Source of the DNA: Botryllus schlosseri | Lineage: Eukaryota | DNA length: 64,000 nucleotides | Assembly: GCA_051294905.1 (NCBI GenBank) | Contig: CM119372.1 | Coordinates: forward strand, 2,792,001 to 2,856,000 | Direction of reading: 5' to 3' | Shown here: one piece after another, positions 11,101 to 25,400 of the stretch | Layout of the letters: each line of letters begins with the position of its first letter | Position numbering within the stretch: position 1 is the first letter of the stretch | The notes under the pieces: generated by a model | Seen by the model: the letters and a program-made list of their open reading frames with translations, nothing else | The model's database searches: none | Told to the model about the DNA's origin: nothing | Translations under genes and position numbers: made by a program

Positions 11101-14100
11101 AAGTGCAAGTTGGTAGCTGAAATTGTCATTTGTCTGATTTATATCCCAAGCTTGGTGGAAATCAGTGAAATTCACGATTTCCGTTTACATTGTTGAACAT
11201 GTAACTTCGACCGAGACACATTTTTCCAAATTAGATTACAATTAGAATTACTGAATTCGCGAAAACAAGTACCGTTAAAATCAAATCATAATTCAGAATA
11301 GCAAATGTCTGTACAGCAAGCTTGGCTCGTTTCGCACTATAACAGTTCTCCTGTGGCAATTAGGGGAGACCAGAAATTAAATTAGAATATAAATTAGTGC
11401 ATGGAAACATTTCAAAAATTAGATTGGACTTGGAATTGGAATTGGAGCGAAGAAATATTTCACGAATTAGATTAGAATGAGAATTAGATTACCGGCATTT
11501 TGCTATAATTAGTCTAATTAAAGAACTCGAATTGTCTTCTGCTTCGGCCCATAGCTGGTTCGCGTGGTCGTCGTCGGCACTCAAGTAGAAGTAGATCGAA
11601 CGCAGACAATTTTCGCTCGGTTACACAAGTAAGTAACCATTTTCAAGACGTCAAAACTGCTTCACGAGGGTTTGAGAAGTGCAGTCCTGAGAGTGCTTGT
11701 AAGTAGATTGAAAAGGTAGATTCGGCCGCAAATTCTCATACGTTTAGTAGACGACCGAATGTCTTGACTTTTGAAATTACAGGATGTATCGTAGACGTAT
11801 CGTAATATTCACTTCACTTACACTAATGCAAGATGGTACACCGGTACAAGTTTTCGAAAACATAATCAAAATCACCGACAAGAGTATAAGTAGGTGACAA
11901 TTTCGAAAATGTATTTACTTACCTGATACAGGGGCTATTTCAAGCAGTCTTATTGACAATTTCGCTGCAAACGTGATGGAAACTTGTCCCAAGCCTACTG
12001 CCTACTTTACAAAATCCAAACTCTCAAAATTAATTAGTTTTGCATAGAAATTGCAAAATAGAAATGGAAGTACTTAAAAACACTTGATTATGTACCGCAA
12101 GTAGTATGACTACTTGTCCGCAACAGTCTACTACTAACACGTTACCGACCACCTCTGCTTCGGACTACAGCTGTACGATTATAATAATTGGACAAGGTTG
12201 CTACCCGAACGCCGAGACAAATGAATTACTTCGTAATAAATACTAGACATGCGGCTATTAGAAATTGTACGTATTATGTTATATAAAATAAAACCAGGTG
12301 ACATTGCTCGCTGATTAAACTATCGCCGATTAAGGAGGTTGGCGATTACCTTTCAATCGGCATCTGTGCAATCCACCCTAGTGGGTGCTTTCCGTATCAA
12401 AGGCGTTTTGCACCACGGCAATTGTTTTTTGTTTTGATTGAGGTATTCATGGTGTGTGTCGACTACTATGGTCCTCTACACCAGACAAATTCTGTTGTAG
12501 CACGACCCAATTCTAGGCTTCTTACAAGACACCGCTTACACGGATGAGATGGCGAGGACCACAGCAGCAATTGAAGTGTTATGCCCGATGTTATTTCTCG
12601 TACGGCTCCGGTACAGAAGATGACTAGGTATAGTTGAGTTTGCAATCGACGTCGATCCAATAAGGTCGTTTTTTCTTTGTTTCGGCGTCTTCGTTATCAA
12701 TAATTATCGGGTCATATGTATGTATATTCTCGTAATTTCTAGACAACCTCTAAATATTATTACATTATAAAAATAAATAATTGGAATGGCGTTTTTAAGT
12801 GTGTTTAATAAATGAGCCTGGCCTTCGGCCTTCGATTAGCTGCACATGAATTTAAATCGTGTTGCTATCTAGGGAATTCAGAGATTTTCACCATGTATGA
12901 ATAAGCCGATAAAAGTAGCTTGCGATGCGCGTCGTAAGGCAAGCTGGGGATGTTCGATAATCGTGAGTGTATAAAGAATTAGATGAAACAATAGATGACT
13001 GAATTACGGAATCCCGACACTTGAAGCCGTCGCAATTCACGGAACAATGCATGCCTTGTACGAAAATGATATTACTTTCGATAATAGATAACGTTGTTAC
13101 TCGCTGCGATCACGTAAACAAATTATGTTTGTTCTTACCTTGCATGTCCACACGGGCATATTGTAGTCTCTCGGTACAAGGCCTGATTTGTAATACATAA
13201 TCGGACTGACCGCGGCTGACATGAAGTCGGAAATGCATAGACTCATCAGAACGATATTTAGTGGGTTTCTGAAAGACGAAAATAACACTAAAGTTTACAT
13301 GGTTGATATACGTTCAATGGAATGTGGATTATTGGAGCGATGGGTATTCGTGGCGGACTTTTTTAATTTACTGGCTCTGTCTCGATACGATTGGAATACA
13401 GGCTACGTCCGGTTTCGTGAAAAACATTATTTTATGTTGAAGCTATAGTCACTGGTGAACTGGTCAAAGTGGTCATTAGGGCTGTTCAAAAATAACTTTT
13501 TTTCCTGAATCTTGCTGGTTACTTGATTAAATCGTTAGGTTGCCTTAAAAAACGACGCATACCAAATTTGAATTCATTCCGACAAATATTCGCGGGTTAC
13601 GTAGAGTTTGAAAATTTTGGATTTGCCCAAAAACGCAAAAAAAAATTTTTCTCAAATTTTTTTGCCAACCCCATGAAATTGTTGGGCTGTCTTCAAAAAC
13701 TATGCAAAACAAATTTGACTCAATTCCAAGCCGTAGAAGCGGAGTTATTCCAGTTTTTCGGTAATAATTCTTGGATTATCCACCAATCAAGGATAATCTC
13801 AGAATTATCGAATAAAAACTGAAATAACTCCGGTTCTACAGCTTGGAATTGAGTCAAATTTGTTTTGCATAGTTTTTGAAGACAGCCCAACAATTTCATG
13901 GGGTTGGCAAAAAAATTTGAGAAAAATTTTTTTTTGCGTTTTTGGGCAAATCCAAAATTTTCAAACTCTACGTAACCGGCGAATATTTGTCGGAATGAAT
14001 TCAAATTTGGTATGCGTCGTTTTTTAAGGCAACCTAACGATTTAATCAAGTAACCAGCAAGATTCAGGAAAAAAAGTAATTTTTGAACAGCCCTAGTGGT

Positions 14101-14935
14101 CATACATGATGATGACAGATGGGGATGGTTCAAACTCATAAAATGTTCCTTGTGATATCGCTGTCAGCTATTTATATGCATACAGGAATACATATTTCAT
14201 TGTATTAGGTTTTCATTTAATTCAAACCATGAAAAACCATATCTGCATAGATTACACATGCCAAATTATCAACTTCAAATGATAGCGATAGACGTAAAAG
14301 CCATATTTCGGATTCTAGTCAATAGTATATTAAAAGCTTCAAGAATGCTTTCGTATATTTTCATATATTTTATATGCCATATCATAGTTGAAAAACCAAA
14401 GCAAACTCAGCTCATCGTTCAGATTTTGCTAAATTTGAGTAAAACAAAAATCAAAAGTTTATATTAGCCAATGGTCACTTTTGTACAGATACTCCAACTG
14501 TAATTATCAGTCATAATCGTACTTACTGTCGGAGCGGTTTGCTTGCGGCAACAATAGCGAACACAGTGCCATTCGCGATGACCCCAACAACGGCTGTTAT
14601 GTACACGAATATCCAAAGTCCAATGTTTTGATCTTCCGTAGCGAACTGATATGGCATGCTGATATGAAGATGGATAATTGTTGGAAATTATGTTTAGAAA
14701 TATTTATAAATTATATGATATTTTATAGCAGTTCGTAGTCGGAAATATTATGTTGGTTCTTCCGAATCCATCACCCAATTTATTCAACTCTAGATTGTCC
14801 GAGATCATCTCCATGATCAAATATTGTTCTCAACTTATTGCACCAGATCATTTTGGTATTTTATAAATATATTTGCAGCCCTTACCCGAAAGTAGTGCCA
14901 ATAACATCCATGGGACTAGGGCTTGTGACGTTCAT
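8144..14935 (-). CDS. Orphan rhodopsin-like (class A) 7TM GPCR paralogue 1, 9 coding exons, 343 aa
   Basis: Exons 14935-14886, 14658-14527, 13268-13139, 10897-10769, 10706-10585, 9306-9176, 8821-8729, 8532-8409, 8264-8144. All are GT-AG with consistent phases, 1032 nt including TAA. Protein: N-glycosylation site MNVT; TM1 GVIANGTVF; TM2 NPLNIVLMSLCISDF; WTCK (TM3 Cys); TM4 CFIWIE; ECL2 SCF; TM5 YYLPVAFFLP; TM6 GSFVVGYAPE; TM7 LSESLNPFLY (NPxxY). Confidence 0.93.
9497..9881. mobile_element. MITE with CCGGCTCCGATCC repeats (GPCR intron)
   Basis: Starts TAGTGCGTAGCGGATCGACAAATTC. Same family as 43110-43504. The right end is approximate. Confidence 0.6.
12425..12570 (-). mobile_element. SINE body fragment (family of 20042, 35770, 42740)
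   Basis: Reverse complement of the 42805-42950 segment (GGTATTCATGGTGT.TGTCGACTACTATGGTC...TTCTAGGCTT.TT.CAAGACACCGCTTACA.GGATGAGATGG). Confidence 0.65.
13477..14095. mobile_element. Fold-back hAT MITE, nearly a full-length palindrome
   Basis: TAGGGCTGTTCAAAAAT...ATTTTTGAACAGCCCTA. Arms of ~280-300 bp are almost exact reverse complements, which is why ORFs 13523+ and 13720- give the same peptide. Perfect 8-bp TSD GTGGTCAT at 13469-13476 and 14096-14103. Confidence 0.93.
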
Positions 14936-17413
14936 CGTTCAATTCTGCAGTTCCGGACGAGGACACGGTGATCGCTGATTAAGCTACAATTTCCGTATGA
15001 CTGAACATTTAACCATTTCGTATTCCAATATTCTATTGCCGTAATAATACGTGACTGAAAACGAATCCGCTTGTAAAACAGAGTCTGCTATAAATTGCCG
15101 TCAAGTTTATCCACACCTCACTTCAACAAGCCAACAAGGTAATTATAAGTCAGGATCATGATACCGACACGTGCAATTATTGCCTGGCTTACATTACGAT
15201 CATTAAGTTCGATTTTAATTAGAGTGGAAGAATGTCTACCTAGGTGGAATTTGCCTCCGGATTCAACTGCTTGCAAAACAAATGGCATCCATAGCCCGCG
15301 TTGCATTAGCACTGCTGACGTGTATGTAGTAAGTTTATATAGCCTATAAGCTATCTATAAACCATCGGTTCTTAACCAGGGGTCCATTGACCCCGTGGGA
15401 TACGAAGCAACAAAGCCGGGAGTACGAGATACAGTGTGAAATCATACGCTACTGAAGTTATTTCGCAAATCTACATGAAGTAGAATATTTGGTCGGATAT
15501 ATTCAATTCGGAAATTTTCCTCGCGCCTGGTGCAATTTCATGTCGGCAGATTTACTGAGTGAAATTTGGGTACCATCCATCATATATTATCCTGATTTTG
15601 TACCTGCATCTCAATTTATTTTCTACTCGTGATCCCCGATTCCAATCTTATAAGCTATTTCAATGTAGCTGACTAAATTCCGAGTAATCTCAGTGTCATA
15701 TTTAATTTTCAGTAATTTGTGATGTTAATATCCAAACTCTATCCCATTCGGATGCGTGAAAAAGCATCACTCTCCATTCAGACGTGCTAGTAACACCAAG
15801 TTTCGTCATATCGAAGGGTAAAAATTTACCACTGTAAATACTAATATCACAATAAGTTACCGAAATTTCCATTTAGGATTGTACGACTTCTACTGGTCGG
15901 AATTGACCCGAATTTAGTGTCTAGCGTGTTTTAGGCAACCTGGCCGTTTAATCGCTAAGCAAGTGAAATTCGGAAGAACGAGTTATTTTTTAACAACCCT
16001 ATTTTTAACAACCCTATTATTCGTCCATGCTGTTGACTCTATTTTGTGGGAAGTCTCTTCCCGGTTTTCAGAGGCGGCATTGAGCGGCTAAGACATAACT
16101 AACAACCGTTATTTTAGCTCTGATATACAGAAATCGAGGAAAACTATTCATAGGAAGAAAAAAAAACACTGTCTATGACTGTCTATTTTATTTTTCGTTT
16201 GATAAACAGCGGTCAATGAGAGCCGCAAGATTCTAGCTTTAAGCCGCGGTTGGGAATCACTGATCTAGATTGAAAGAAGACTATGGAGCTCACAATGCCA
16301 CGCCCGCGCTACTTTATCGCCAGACCTCCTGTAATGTGCGTGATTACAGTGTTATTTAGACCTGGCGTGTATAAGCAATACAAAACTCGGCACGATCTTG
16401 ACATGATATCATCCCTCGGAATTCATGGTTTCTCTTTACGTGACCAGATGAGGTGACTACATTCGCTTGAATCAGTCATTATTGCATATACATCCGACAC
16501 TAACTCACGTCTGCGTGCCTCCGAGCAAAATCAAAAATAATTCAGCCGCATGCGCTGCTGCCACGCCTATTTTCCTCAAAAAAGTAGGTTTCCATGATTC
16601 ATTATTCGTGATTCACAACAAGTCGACAGCATCACGAAATAAACTCATTCAATGATGAAAATTCAAATATAACTTACAGAAATGAGTCCATCCTTTTTCG
16701 TGATCTTGACAGATTTGAGACCGTTGGATTGCTCTAAGGGTGTAAAATCTGCTGTTGCTACGAAGTTTCGGCGCACCTGCGCACCGCTGGGAACTGCACT
16801 GCCGAAGAGACCGGCGGCGATAACACTTTCGTACCCCAAAATTCTCCCGCGTTGGACAAATCCTTCAGTATTGACATCACTAGGTGCTGAAATGCTCGGT
16901 TCGAATAGTGCTGCCCCCGCAGTCTCAGCCACGCGGTACAAATGCGACCGTCAGAGTAAAATAATGCGCAACGTGAAGAAATGCGAATTTGGATCGCGTG
17001 AGTCTCAGGTATCATTATTATTGACAAAATGTTCATTACTTACCTAAGAAAACAAGTTGTGGTAGTCACATAGAGAAGAATAGATAACGGACACGATCGA
17101 AAATTGCGTGATCTTGGGCTGAAAGGAGCTTTTCTGTTCGTGAGCCGTGCTAATAAACCGTATATATAGTGATGAAATGACCTGTATTACAGAGGTTCTG
17201 AAGAGGTGAGGTCCCCCAGAGGTTGTGTTGAAAACCCTACGGGGGCCGGAGACCAGCGCTTGGGGCGGCCTCAAAAAGTGCTGCTCCGACACTGGATAGG
17301 GAGCACGAAAAAATTTCATAAAGGGTACGAAATCGAAAAAGGTGACGAAACGCTTGAGCTTGTCACGATGACCTGCTTGAAGCTTTCGAATCATACCCAT
17401 GACTTGTTCACAC

Positions 17414-19406
17414 CAGATATGGGGTAATCGCGATTAGTAATCGTAATCGATTACGACGATTACAGCATCTTCAAGTAATCGTAATCGCAATCGATTACAT
17501 TCGAAAAAAATCCAAAGTAATCATAATCGTAATCGATTATTTCACATATCTAATCGATATCTTTGTCAGAGAACGATTACTTCTTATTTGTACAAGGACT
17601 ATGATATGAACGGAACAGTGAACATTCTTGAACGAAACGATTTAATACCAGGTTATTGTTGGCAGAAACGTCGGATTTTCTAATGCCACTTCCCATTATT
17701 ATGTCACGAGTATTGGAATTTCTCGTCATTGCGTAACGAATGATCCAAACGTAGTAAATAGATATTCGATGTGCATGTATTTGTGTGATTGTAAGAGCAC
17801 CCGCCATGCCTTATATCAGGTTATCAATACACTCACAAGCTACTACCTCGCAGCAGGATAATAATCACAACTTTGCCCAGTTTCAAATAGTAACGTATGT
17901 ATTGATGTTTGGTCATGCTTAGGTAAATGCAGCTGGACCATTGCTGCTTGGCGAACAGTACGCCTATATACAATTTTACATACACCGGACAAAGATTTGA
18001 AATTTTATACTCGACAAAATCGAACATGACGATTTGCACATCGAAACACTAAAAATCAACGGCTGCTGATATAGATCATAACCGAGTCGGTATTTGCCGC
18101 AATATCTGCATTGTAGGCAGAATTTTATGCTCACTTTCTTATTCTCATATAGCCCTACTTCAAACGGGCAACAATCGTTATTTCGCAATTCTTAACTCAA
18201 CATCTGGATCTGACACCATAGCCATCCGCTTTTACACCATGTTAGCTTGGGTTGCAGCTAGAATCAGGACCGAGACAGCATTTCGTACCCGAAAAGTTGG
18301 TCTCGGGTCCTTACTGGGTGAAGTCCCCCAGACGCCCCTTCACGATTGGGCTTTTTGCCACAACTGGAAGACACGTTTTGAGGCGATGTGGATTCGCGCT
18401 GTATATTTTCTTTCAAGTCGTGCCAAGTTCAAGACTGAGTTTAATATATAATATTGGTAATTGCATATATTACTATTCATTTTTGATCCTCTCTCAGCCC
18501 CGTGGTCAGATATACCGGTCGAGCGTGTGTGGGTGGTGTCTTCGAAAATTTATGGAACGCAATTCATAATTATAGCATATTCGGGCGGACCCAATTCGTG
18601 ACCTCCTGTCTGCTATATAGTCAAAAGATATTGGAGTCACCCTAGCGTAGCAGCCTATGAGGAAACTAAAGGAAATCTTTCGAGTGTCGCACACACAGAT
18701 TGTCATTTCTTCACCGGGCGCATCATTTTCCTCTGTAGGTGCCCTCTGTCCCGGGTGGCGTTTACAGTGTAGGGATCTGATTAGCAGCAAGAAAATATTA
18801 TTCGTCACGCCCATCCAGCGCGGTTAAGGACATTGGATGCATACACAAAGTTTCGGCCAAGGCCTTTCTTTGATAGCACACTTCTTGAAGTCACATATTG
18901 CCGAAACTGCATAATATCTTAGTGTGTCATGACATGGTCATGGCCGGCACCGAAATGCCTATTTCCATAAATTATGAATATTTTTTCTTGAGGGCGAGAG
19001 GTATGGATTTCAAAATCAAGCTATTCAGCAACATTAAATCGCAAAGAGCAAAGATGTTTTTCAAGTTAGGTCATTAGATCTCTCAAAAATACTCTGTTAT
19101 ATATGTTGTTTACAAAATATGATGATCACGTCATGATGACGTCATGATGTCTCATTTAAAAAAAAAGCTGTTCTATCATGAGACCCATAATCACAATCGT
19201 TATATTGTCTTCCAATATGAGTTCAAAGACGAATTCTAAGAAGGAAAATAAATGTAATCGTGAGTAATCGTGATTACTTTTTCAATGTAATCGTAATTGT
19301 GATCGAATACTTCCAGATTTTGCTGTAATCGTAATCGTAATCGCGAGATTCAGAAGTAATCGTAATCGCAATCGATTACATTCATGAAGCAATCACCCCA
19401 TGTCTG
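17414..19406. mobile_element. ~2-kb non-autonomous hAT element with GTAATCGTAATCGATTAC subterminal repeats
   Basis: TIR CAGATATGGGG / CCCCATGTCTG. Perfect TSD GTTCACAC at 17406-17413 and 19407-19414. Confidence 0.85.
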
Positions 19407-20041
19407 GTTCACACATTCCTGAGAATATACTCGATCTAAATAGCACATGCTCCTGACATATCCATAGAGAAAAAGGGCCCAGATAGCAGTGCAATATTTC
19501 TTACCCGTGCGGGTATTTGAGTATGAGCCCCATGTGGCTCGTACATTCGGACATATGATCAAGGTCCATAAAAAATTCCAATTGACACATGTCGACTCAA
19601 GCCACGAAACGACCAAAATGAATGAACTGATCTATCAACCTACGATATTACTGTGCGGGAGATCTACAAACATACTATATCATCGAAGTATATTCTCGTG
19701 TCCAATTGTTTCGTCCTTTGTATACATTTAATCAATTAATACTTAAATACCGTCTGCTCCGCTTTTTTATTATGTCGCTCCCAATTTGTTCATGCTTGGT
19801 ACCTTGGTTGTTAGCTATTTTGCTTATAGTGCTCTATCACGTTAATAAAATCCTTGGGTACTTGACGCAATAAAGATCATTCCAATGCTATTAACTGAAA
19901 AGGGCGATGTAATGCACAACGTAGCTTTGCTATTGCGACTCGTACGGTTATAGACAGTACAAAAGTGCGCAGTGAATGACAAAATTTGCGAAAGATGTGT
20001 TGAGTATTTAGTTGAAATATAGTAGCCTGAATTACCCTAAA

Positions 20042-20159
20042 TGGCCTAAATAAACCTCCAACACTTACGTAGGAATTTTGGAGTCGACCTCGGTCTTACT
20101 CGAACCAGCAATCTATTGATGTTGCTGCTGTGGATTATACCACTGCGCTATCTCGCCCC
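20042..20159 (-). mobile_element. 5' head of a tRNA-derived SINE (Pol III A and B boxes)
   Basis: The minus strand reads GGGGCGAGA-TAGCGCAGTGG (A box)...GGTTCGAGTAA (B-box-like). It continues GAGGTCGACTCCA.AATTC.TAC.TAAGTGTTGGAGGTTTAT, which is shared with 42740+ and partly with 35770+. Confidence 0.7.
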
Positions 20160-21311
20160 TATTTGGTGATTGTGTATTTACATGAAGTCAGTCGATCTAT
20201 CTACAACCTATATACATACAACATAAAAAGTGATGCTCCCGTTTTTGTGCATCCAATACGGCTGGAGATTTAACAGGCGTATCTTTTCTGCATAAATTGA
20301 TAACTGAATATTCTTCATGACTCTGGGCTAAGGTACTTTCCCATTTTCATAACTTACATAGACTTACCACCAGATAATAGGCTTAATTTTTATTTATAAT
20401 TATTGCACTTTATTCGTTTTAAATCGCGATTGAGAGTTCGAACCGTCTGCACGGAATGGTTTCATGTGGCCGTTTAACTTAATTTTGGGCGCAGCACTAC
20501 CGTTATTCAAGTGCAGAGGGCAAATTATAGAGCCTAATAATAATTCTCCTGATAAACAGACGGCGAGAGTGTTATTTTCATTTCCTTTTGCTAATTTGTC
20601 AACGCAAAACGCGTTCTTTTTATCGTCGCCGATTAGCTGCAATGCGAGTCGGAGAATGTTCAACAAAGTCTGGTATGCTGTAATTACTAATTAGCAGGTT
20701 TCCGCGCTCCCTTCCTATGGTAGGCTGTAATCCACACGCGATTTCGTGAAATCAGTGCCTCAAATCAGATATTTGCGTACATGTGGGTGGCGGTGAATCG
20801 AGAATTCTATTCGTGCGAATGCTTACACACTCACAGGACTATTCTCCATAGCAGGGTTTCTTTACGTTTTTGGGGCGCGAGCTCCTGAATGGTTTTGGTT
20901 AGTTGCGTGGACCCGCCACTCAGAAGTGTGGGAAGTTATAATGACTAAACATAAAAGTCATCACTTCCGACCAGCCTTAATCACGGTCTCATTTTGCCAT
21001 CTAATCTGGTTGTTGCCTAAAAATCTACCTGCTGCCTAATAAAATGTCACTATTTTCGCCCGTGAGCTGTACTGAGCGCTGAAATTGAGATAAAGTAAGA
21101 CAGCAAGTAAAAAATAACGTCATATCTTACAAAGGACAACGTATTTATTTAATTGTAGTTGTAGGACCCGAAGGGATTCATGGACCCCAGGTTAATATAG
21201 GAATATTACACAGTCGTAAATGTGTGGTAAGAACAAAACGTTCGTCTGTGGTTCATAAAGAGACTATATTTCTTTTGATTAGCAACGGTGTGAAGTAAAA
21301 TCAGTCCAGAC

Positions 21312-22221
21312 CAGGGACGTGCGGTCCAATGAGGCAGGTGAGTCAGTGCCTCACCTGTCGTCAGCGCGAATAAGTGAAAATTGTGAAAACCCTCCATGAG
21401 TCGATGATTATTGATATTTTAAGTCGATGTTCATAAATAACGAAATTTGAACATTTTTTCACACAACATCATCAATTTGCATAATTATTATTCAAAAATA
21501 CAGCGCGAAAGGAGAGTTGCGGCACAGGTGAGGCACGGGCGCGTCGTGCATCACCTGCGACAATGCAATTCCTCATAAATAGCTCGGAATTCATAACAAC
21601 TGGTATCAATCAAATGCTATCGTCACACTGATTCCGAAAATCCAAATATTAATAGTGTCAGACCACCGGAACCCCCTCAAAATCGCCGAGGAAGGTGACA
21701 TTCGGCTTCCGCAGAGAAACAATAGCCAGGTGAGGCACAAACGAATTTGCCTCAAGCACTATTCGCTAACAATTGGAGAATCGTAGCACAGTGAAACGCG
21801 CTATCGATTTTGGAATACAACAGTCTTGTAGGAATTATATAGTAGCGACGGCCAATACGTAATGCGGAGCAAATACATTCCCTTACTTATGTAGCTGTTA
21901 TTTATTTTCCGTTAAATTATGGTATGTGATAGCTGCTGGCATAAGCTGCATTGTCGTTGCTTTATGCTTCGAGTCATTATTATCCGTCTAAACTTGCTCA
22001 TTTAGCACAATTGCGACCAGTCCTACATGTATTGTATAATGTGGAATTGCAACGGCTATTAGTGTGCATAGAAAATGCTCTCTATACCCGCTGCCGTTGT
22101 CATTCACATTTTGGATCTCTTTATCAGGTAGGCTACTTTACGTGCGTGTGTGTTTGTGTGTGTGTGTGTGGGGGGGGGGGGTCGGTGTCTCACCAGCCAT
22201 GAACCTCACCGCACTTCACTG
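21312..22221. mobile_element. hAT-type MITE with CAGGTGAGGCA subterminal motifs
   Basis: TIR CAGGGACGTGCGGT / ACCGCACTTCACTG. Perfect TSD GTCCAGAC at 21304-21311 and 22222-22229. Confidence 0.8.
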
Positions 22222-22432
22222 GTCCAGACGAATTGCTGCTGCGTACACGAAGCAGGTCATAGATGTTGTTGAAATAGAAAAGACAGCAATATAGAAATGA
22301 ATGTAAAAACCATGACTACACAAGAGGTATTTTTCGGACTTCCCTCATGTTGCGTTTCACCACAGAAGAGTTCATTTTCTCTATTACAGAATATCTATTA
22401 TGCGACTCGCAATGAAGACTTTTTGTGACATG

Positions 22433-25400
22433 CTACGACGACGTAGTTTGTCTGTCTTTCGGTGACGACTCGTCCGGTGACTGCATTTCTTCTGGCTTCG
22501 AGGAATTCGTTGGACAGCAACGACAACATAACACAATAAGAAACCGGTAGCATGCCGTTCTTATGCTCCTGTAAAAGTGGAAAACGACAACCTGTTGAAT
22601 TTTATCTCCTAACGTTTCATGGATTAACGAGATTCACTAATTTTCAGTTGTTACATCTTTGGGTCAATGATGGGATTATTATTATTATCATTATTGTAAG
22701 AGTAGTGACCCTTATCTCCCGTAAGGGTCTGGTGCGCCACGGTCAATAATGGGAATATCACCCTATTTCAAGGATAGACAGTCTCTACCTTGCCAAGCAG
22801 AGCCTAGGGACGAGAACGAATGCAATGCATACATATTGCCATCAGAGGTAGACAGTAAAGATGAGCTTCCACTTATAGTTCAGGTATATTGTGTCTACTG
22901 ACACACTGACTCACCCCACTTCGGATTTCGTGCCGTAGAAAGTAGATTTTGAATATGTGTTTGTACTGCTTGTATGAGTAAAATCACTATACAAACTGGG
23001 TGATATAACTCCTGTACCCGGTAATAGAATATATTTTCGATAATTGCACCTATTGGTGGAGTCGTTTGTAATTTTTATTGGTCGCGAGGACTTATAAAAC
23101 TATAGTTGCATTTAAAACCAATGGTTGTTTGAAACACTGTGTTTAAAACATGTTTTGAGCAGTGTTTTAAACAAATGCCTGATATGAGCCGACAGGCAAT
23201 TACCACCCAATATAGCCGACGTATACAATATCGGATGGTTGGAAACCTCAAACTAGTCCGTTCGACAGCTAGATAGTACGTAGATATTTCGTCAAAAGAG
23301 CTATATTAACCCTATATTTGCAATTTTTAATGTCACTCCACTATGTCGTCACAACTGAATATTCGTGACGTCATGGCTTGAAAAAAACAAGTTTTAAACA
23401 AGGGCCTTGTTTTAAACATGCTTGTTTCAAATTGATTGTTGTTTTAAATGCAACTCTACATAAAACTATTCCAGTCCTACATTTGAAACTACGTACTTCA
23501 GTTTTTCGGGGACCTTAATTTTTTACTTCCACTTGAAGCAGTTTTGAAGTATCCTGAAAACCGCTACTTCTACATTTAATTCGATAGAAATTTACGGTGT
23601 TACTACTTTTATTTGAGTTACCATTATTAATTAATTTGACCACCTCTCATTGTATTACAACCAGGCTGCAAAAACTATTATGAGTATTAACACGGTTGGA
23701 AATCGTATCAGGTACGGTTTGACCCAGAAAACCCCAAAAGACAGCCCCATTATAGCCCGTGCGTTAACTTTGCCTTTTGCTACTAGTAGAAGACTATTGG
23801 AATACAGTTTGCGATAACTAGAAAATCTAGGATGCAGTTACTTACCTCGAGCAGAGCGTGTAAAAGAACGGATTAAGGGATTCGGATATTCGCAGTAATA
23901 TGAAGCGAAAGAAATCATACGCGTAAACAGTCAGTCCAAAATCAGCGCCTCGCATCACGTTTATCCTAAATGCTGGAAATATGCAACAAAATAAGTACGC
24001 ATACACAAGTAGGCTACATATATCGTTATTAAAATAGAGCCATCTGACGATATACTTTGAAAATTGGTTGTTATCAGTTGCATGCATTGCCATATTGATA
24101 ATTCAAAAAAAATGTTATAACAATAGGGTCAACTCATTTATGCCATTAAGCTTGAAACATCCGTACTTACATACTATATGCCTACTTTGGTTTGTTCAAT
24201 CATTACCGTCCTCATAATAAGCGAATGATGTAGGTCTATAGACCTATATATGGCGTGAGAAGTGAGTTTATTAGTTAGTAAAGATTTATTCAATTTCCAT
24301 ATCATAACATGAAATAAGGGAATATGCGTGTGTAGCAGAAATGAGGAGAATCTAATTTGGTTTGAATCAGAAACATGGCCATATCGAGTAAAAGAATTAA
24401 TTTCAAAGATCGATAAAACTTCCGCTCTATTCATGATTTACAGTCAAATCCGACATTTCCAATCCGGTTAAAATACTCAGTCTTACCTTCAAGTCAATAC
24501 CCACAGAGAGTGGATTGCATAGACATAGGTTGTGGCCTCAAAAGATTGAACTGGTTACTATAGCATGATAAACGCTCTTTTAACATTTTAATATGTTCGG
24601 TGTACGCGGTGCTCATGACTTTATATCCCCAGTACTCGCTACTGTAACCGTTAGGTTGCTTAATAATTTACCTATTTCCGGAGAGTAACCTACGATGAAC
24701 GATCCAACGATGAAACAAATGTGAAGAAGAGCTCTGTTCTCTCTTCTCAAGTCACGTCGACTTCCTTGAAAGGAATACATAGACTGGTAGTCTATCACAT
24801 TGTGGAAATAGACATGTTGTTTACGCGGTCGACTGGACATTATGTGATGAACGAGGTATTCCATGAATCTGTCAGCCTAGCGCTTGTAACAATACGCTAA
24901 AATGCATCGGTATACCTTGGAAAACAACGTCAAATTTGACCCACTACCCACTGCTGCCATATAGTATAACATTCGACCCATTAGGCTATACGGCCTTTGT
25001 AAAGTAATAACCTCAATAAGGCGCTACGTTCCACGCGCATTGCTCATCGGGCAATTTCAGATTATGCGACTAAAATAAGCACATGACACACATTGAAATA
25101 CAATCTGTATATCACATACTTTCTCTTACAATTCTGCGTATCTTTGCGATTACGTGGAGGATGTAGATTGACAGAATCACAATTACGAACACTGGAGCGA
25201 CGAAGGCGATTGGAAGATAGTATTTCGAATATCTAATCCCGTAGCCGATCCTGAAATTGTTATGTATATTTATATGTGAAAAGAGAATAAATTCACCCAA
25301 TGTTGCACAAAATAAGATTTTACCTTATAGGCTATAGTCCCCACCTCGCTAGTACATACTCAATGTTGGGTTTTAAAAAATTGTCATCAGTTTATCACAA

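Noticed and set aside
13523..14139. Two opposite-strand ORFs with the same peptide
   Set aside because: Artefact of the palindromic MITE; not a gene pair.
14527..14657. ATG at 14657 as the start of GPCR1 (and 33263 for GPCR2)
   Set aside because: Both are preceded by an equivalently placed acceptor, and in-phase upstream exons starting M-N-x-T exist (14935 and 36110).
16663..17400. Overlapping 92-121 aa ORFs in a GC-richer patch
   Set aside because: No recognisable motif or convincing splice structure. They lie within apparent repeat-derived sequence (~15363-17357).
17976..18188. Cys-rich ORF (CLQCRYCGKY), possible BED-finger remnant
   Set aside because: Inside a non-autonomous hAT element, but too degenerate to call.
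20096..20159. Possible tRNA gene
   Set aside because: A/B boxes are present, but there is no acceptor-stem closure and it runs into a dispersed repeat body, so it is treated as a SINE head.
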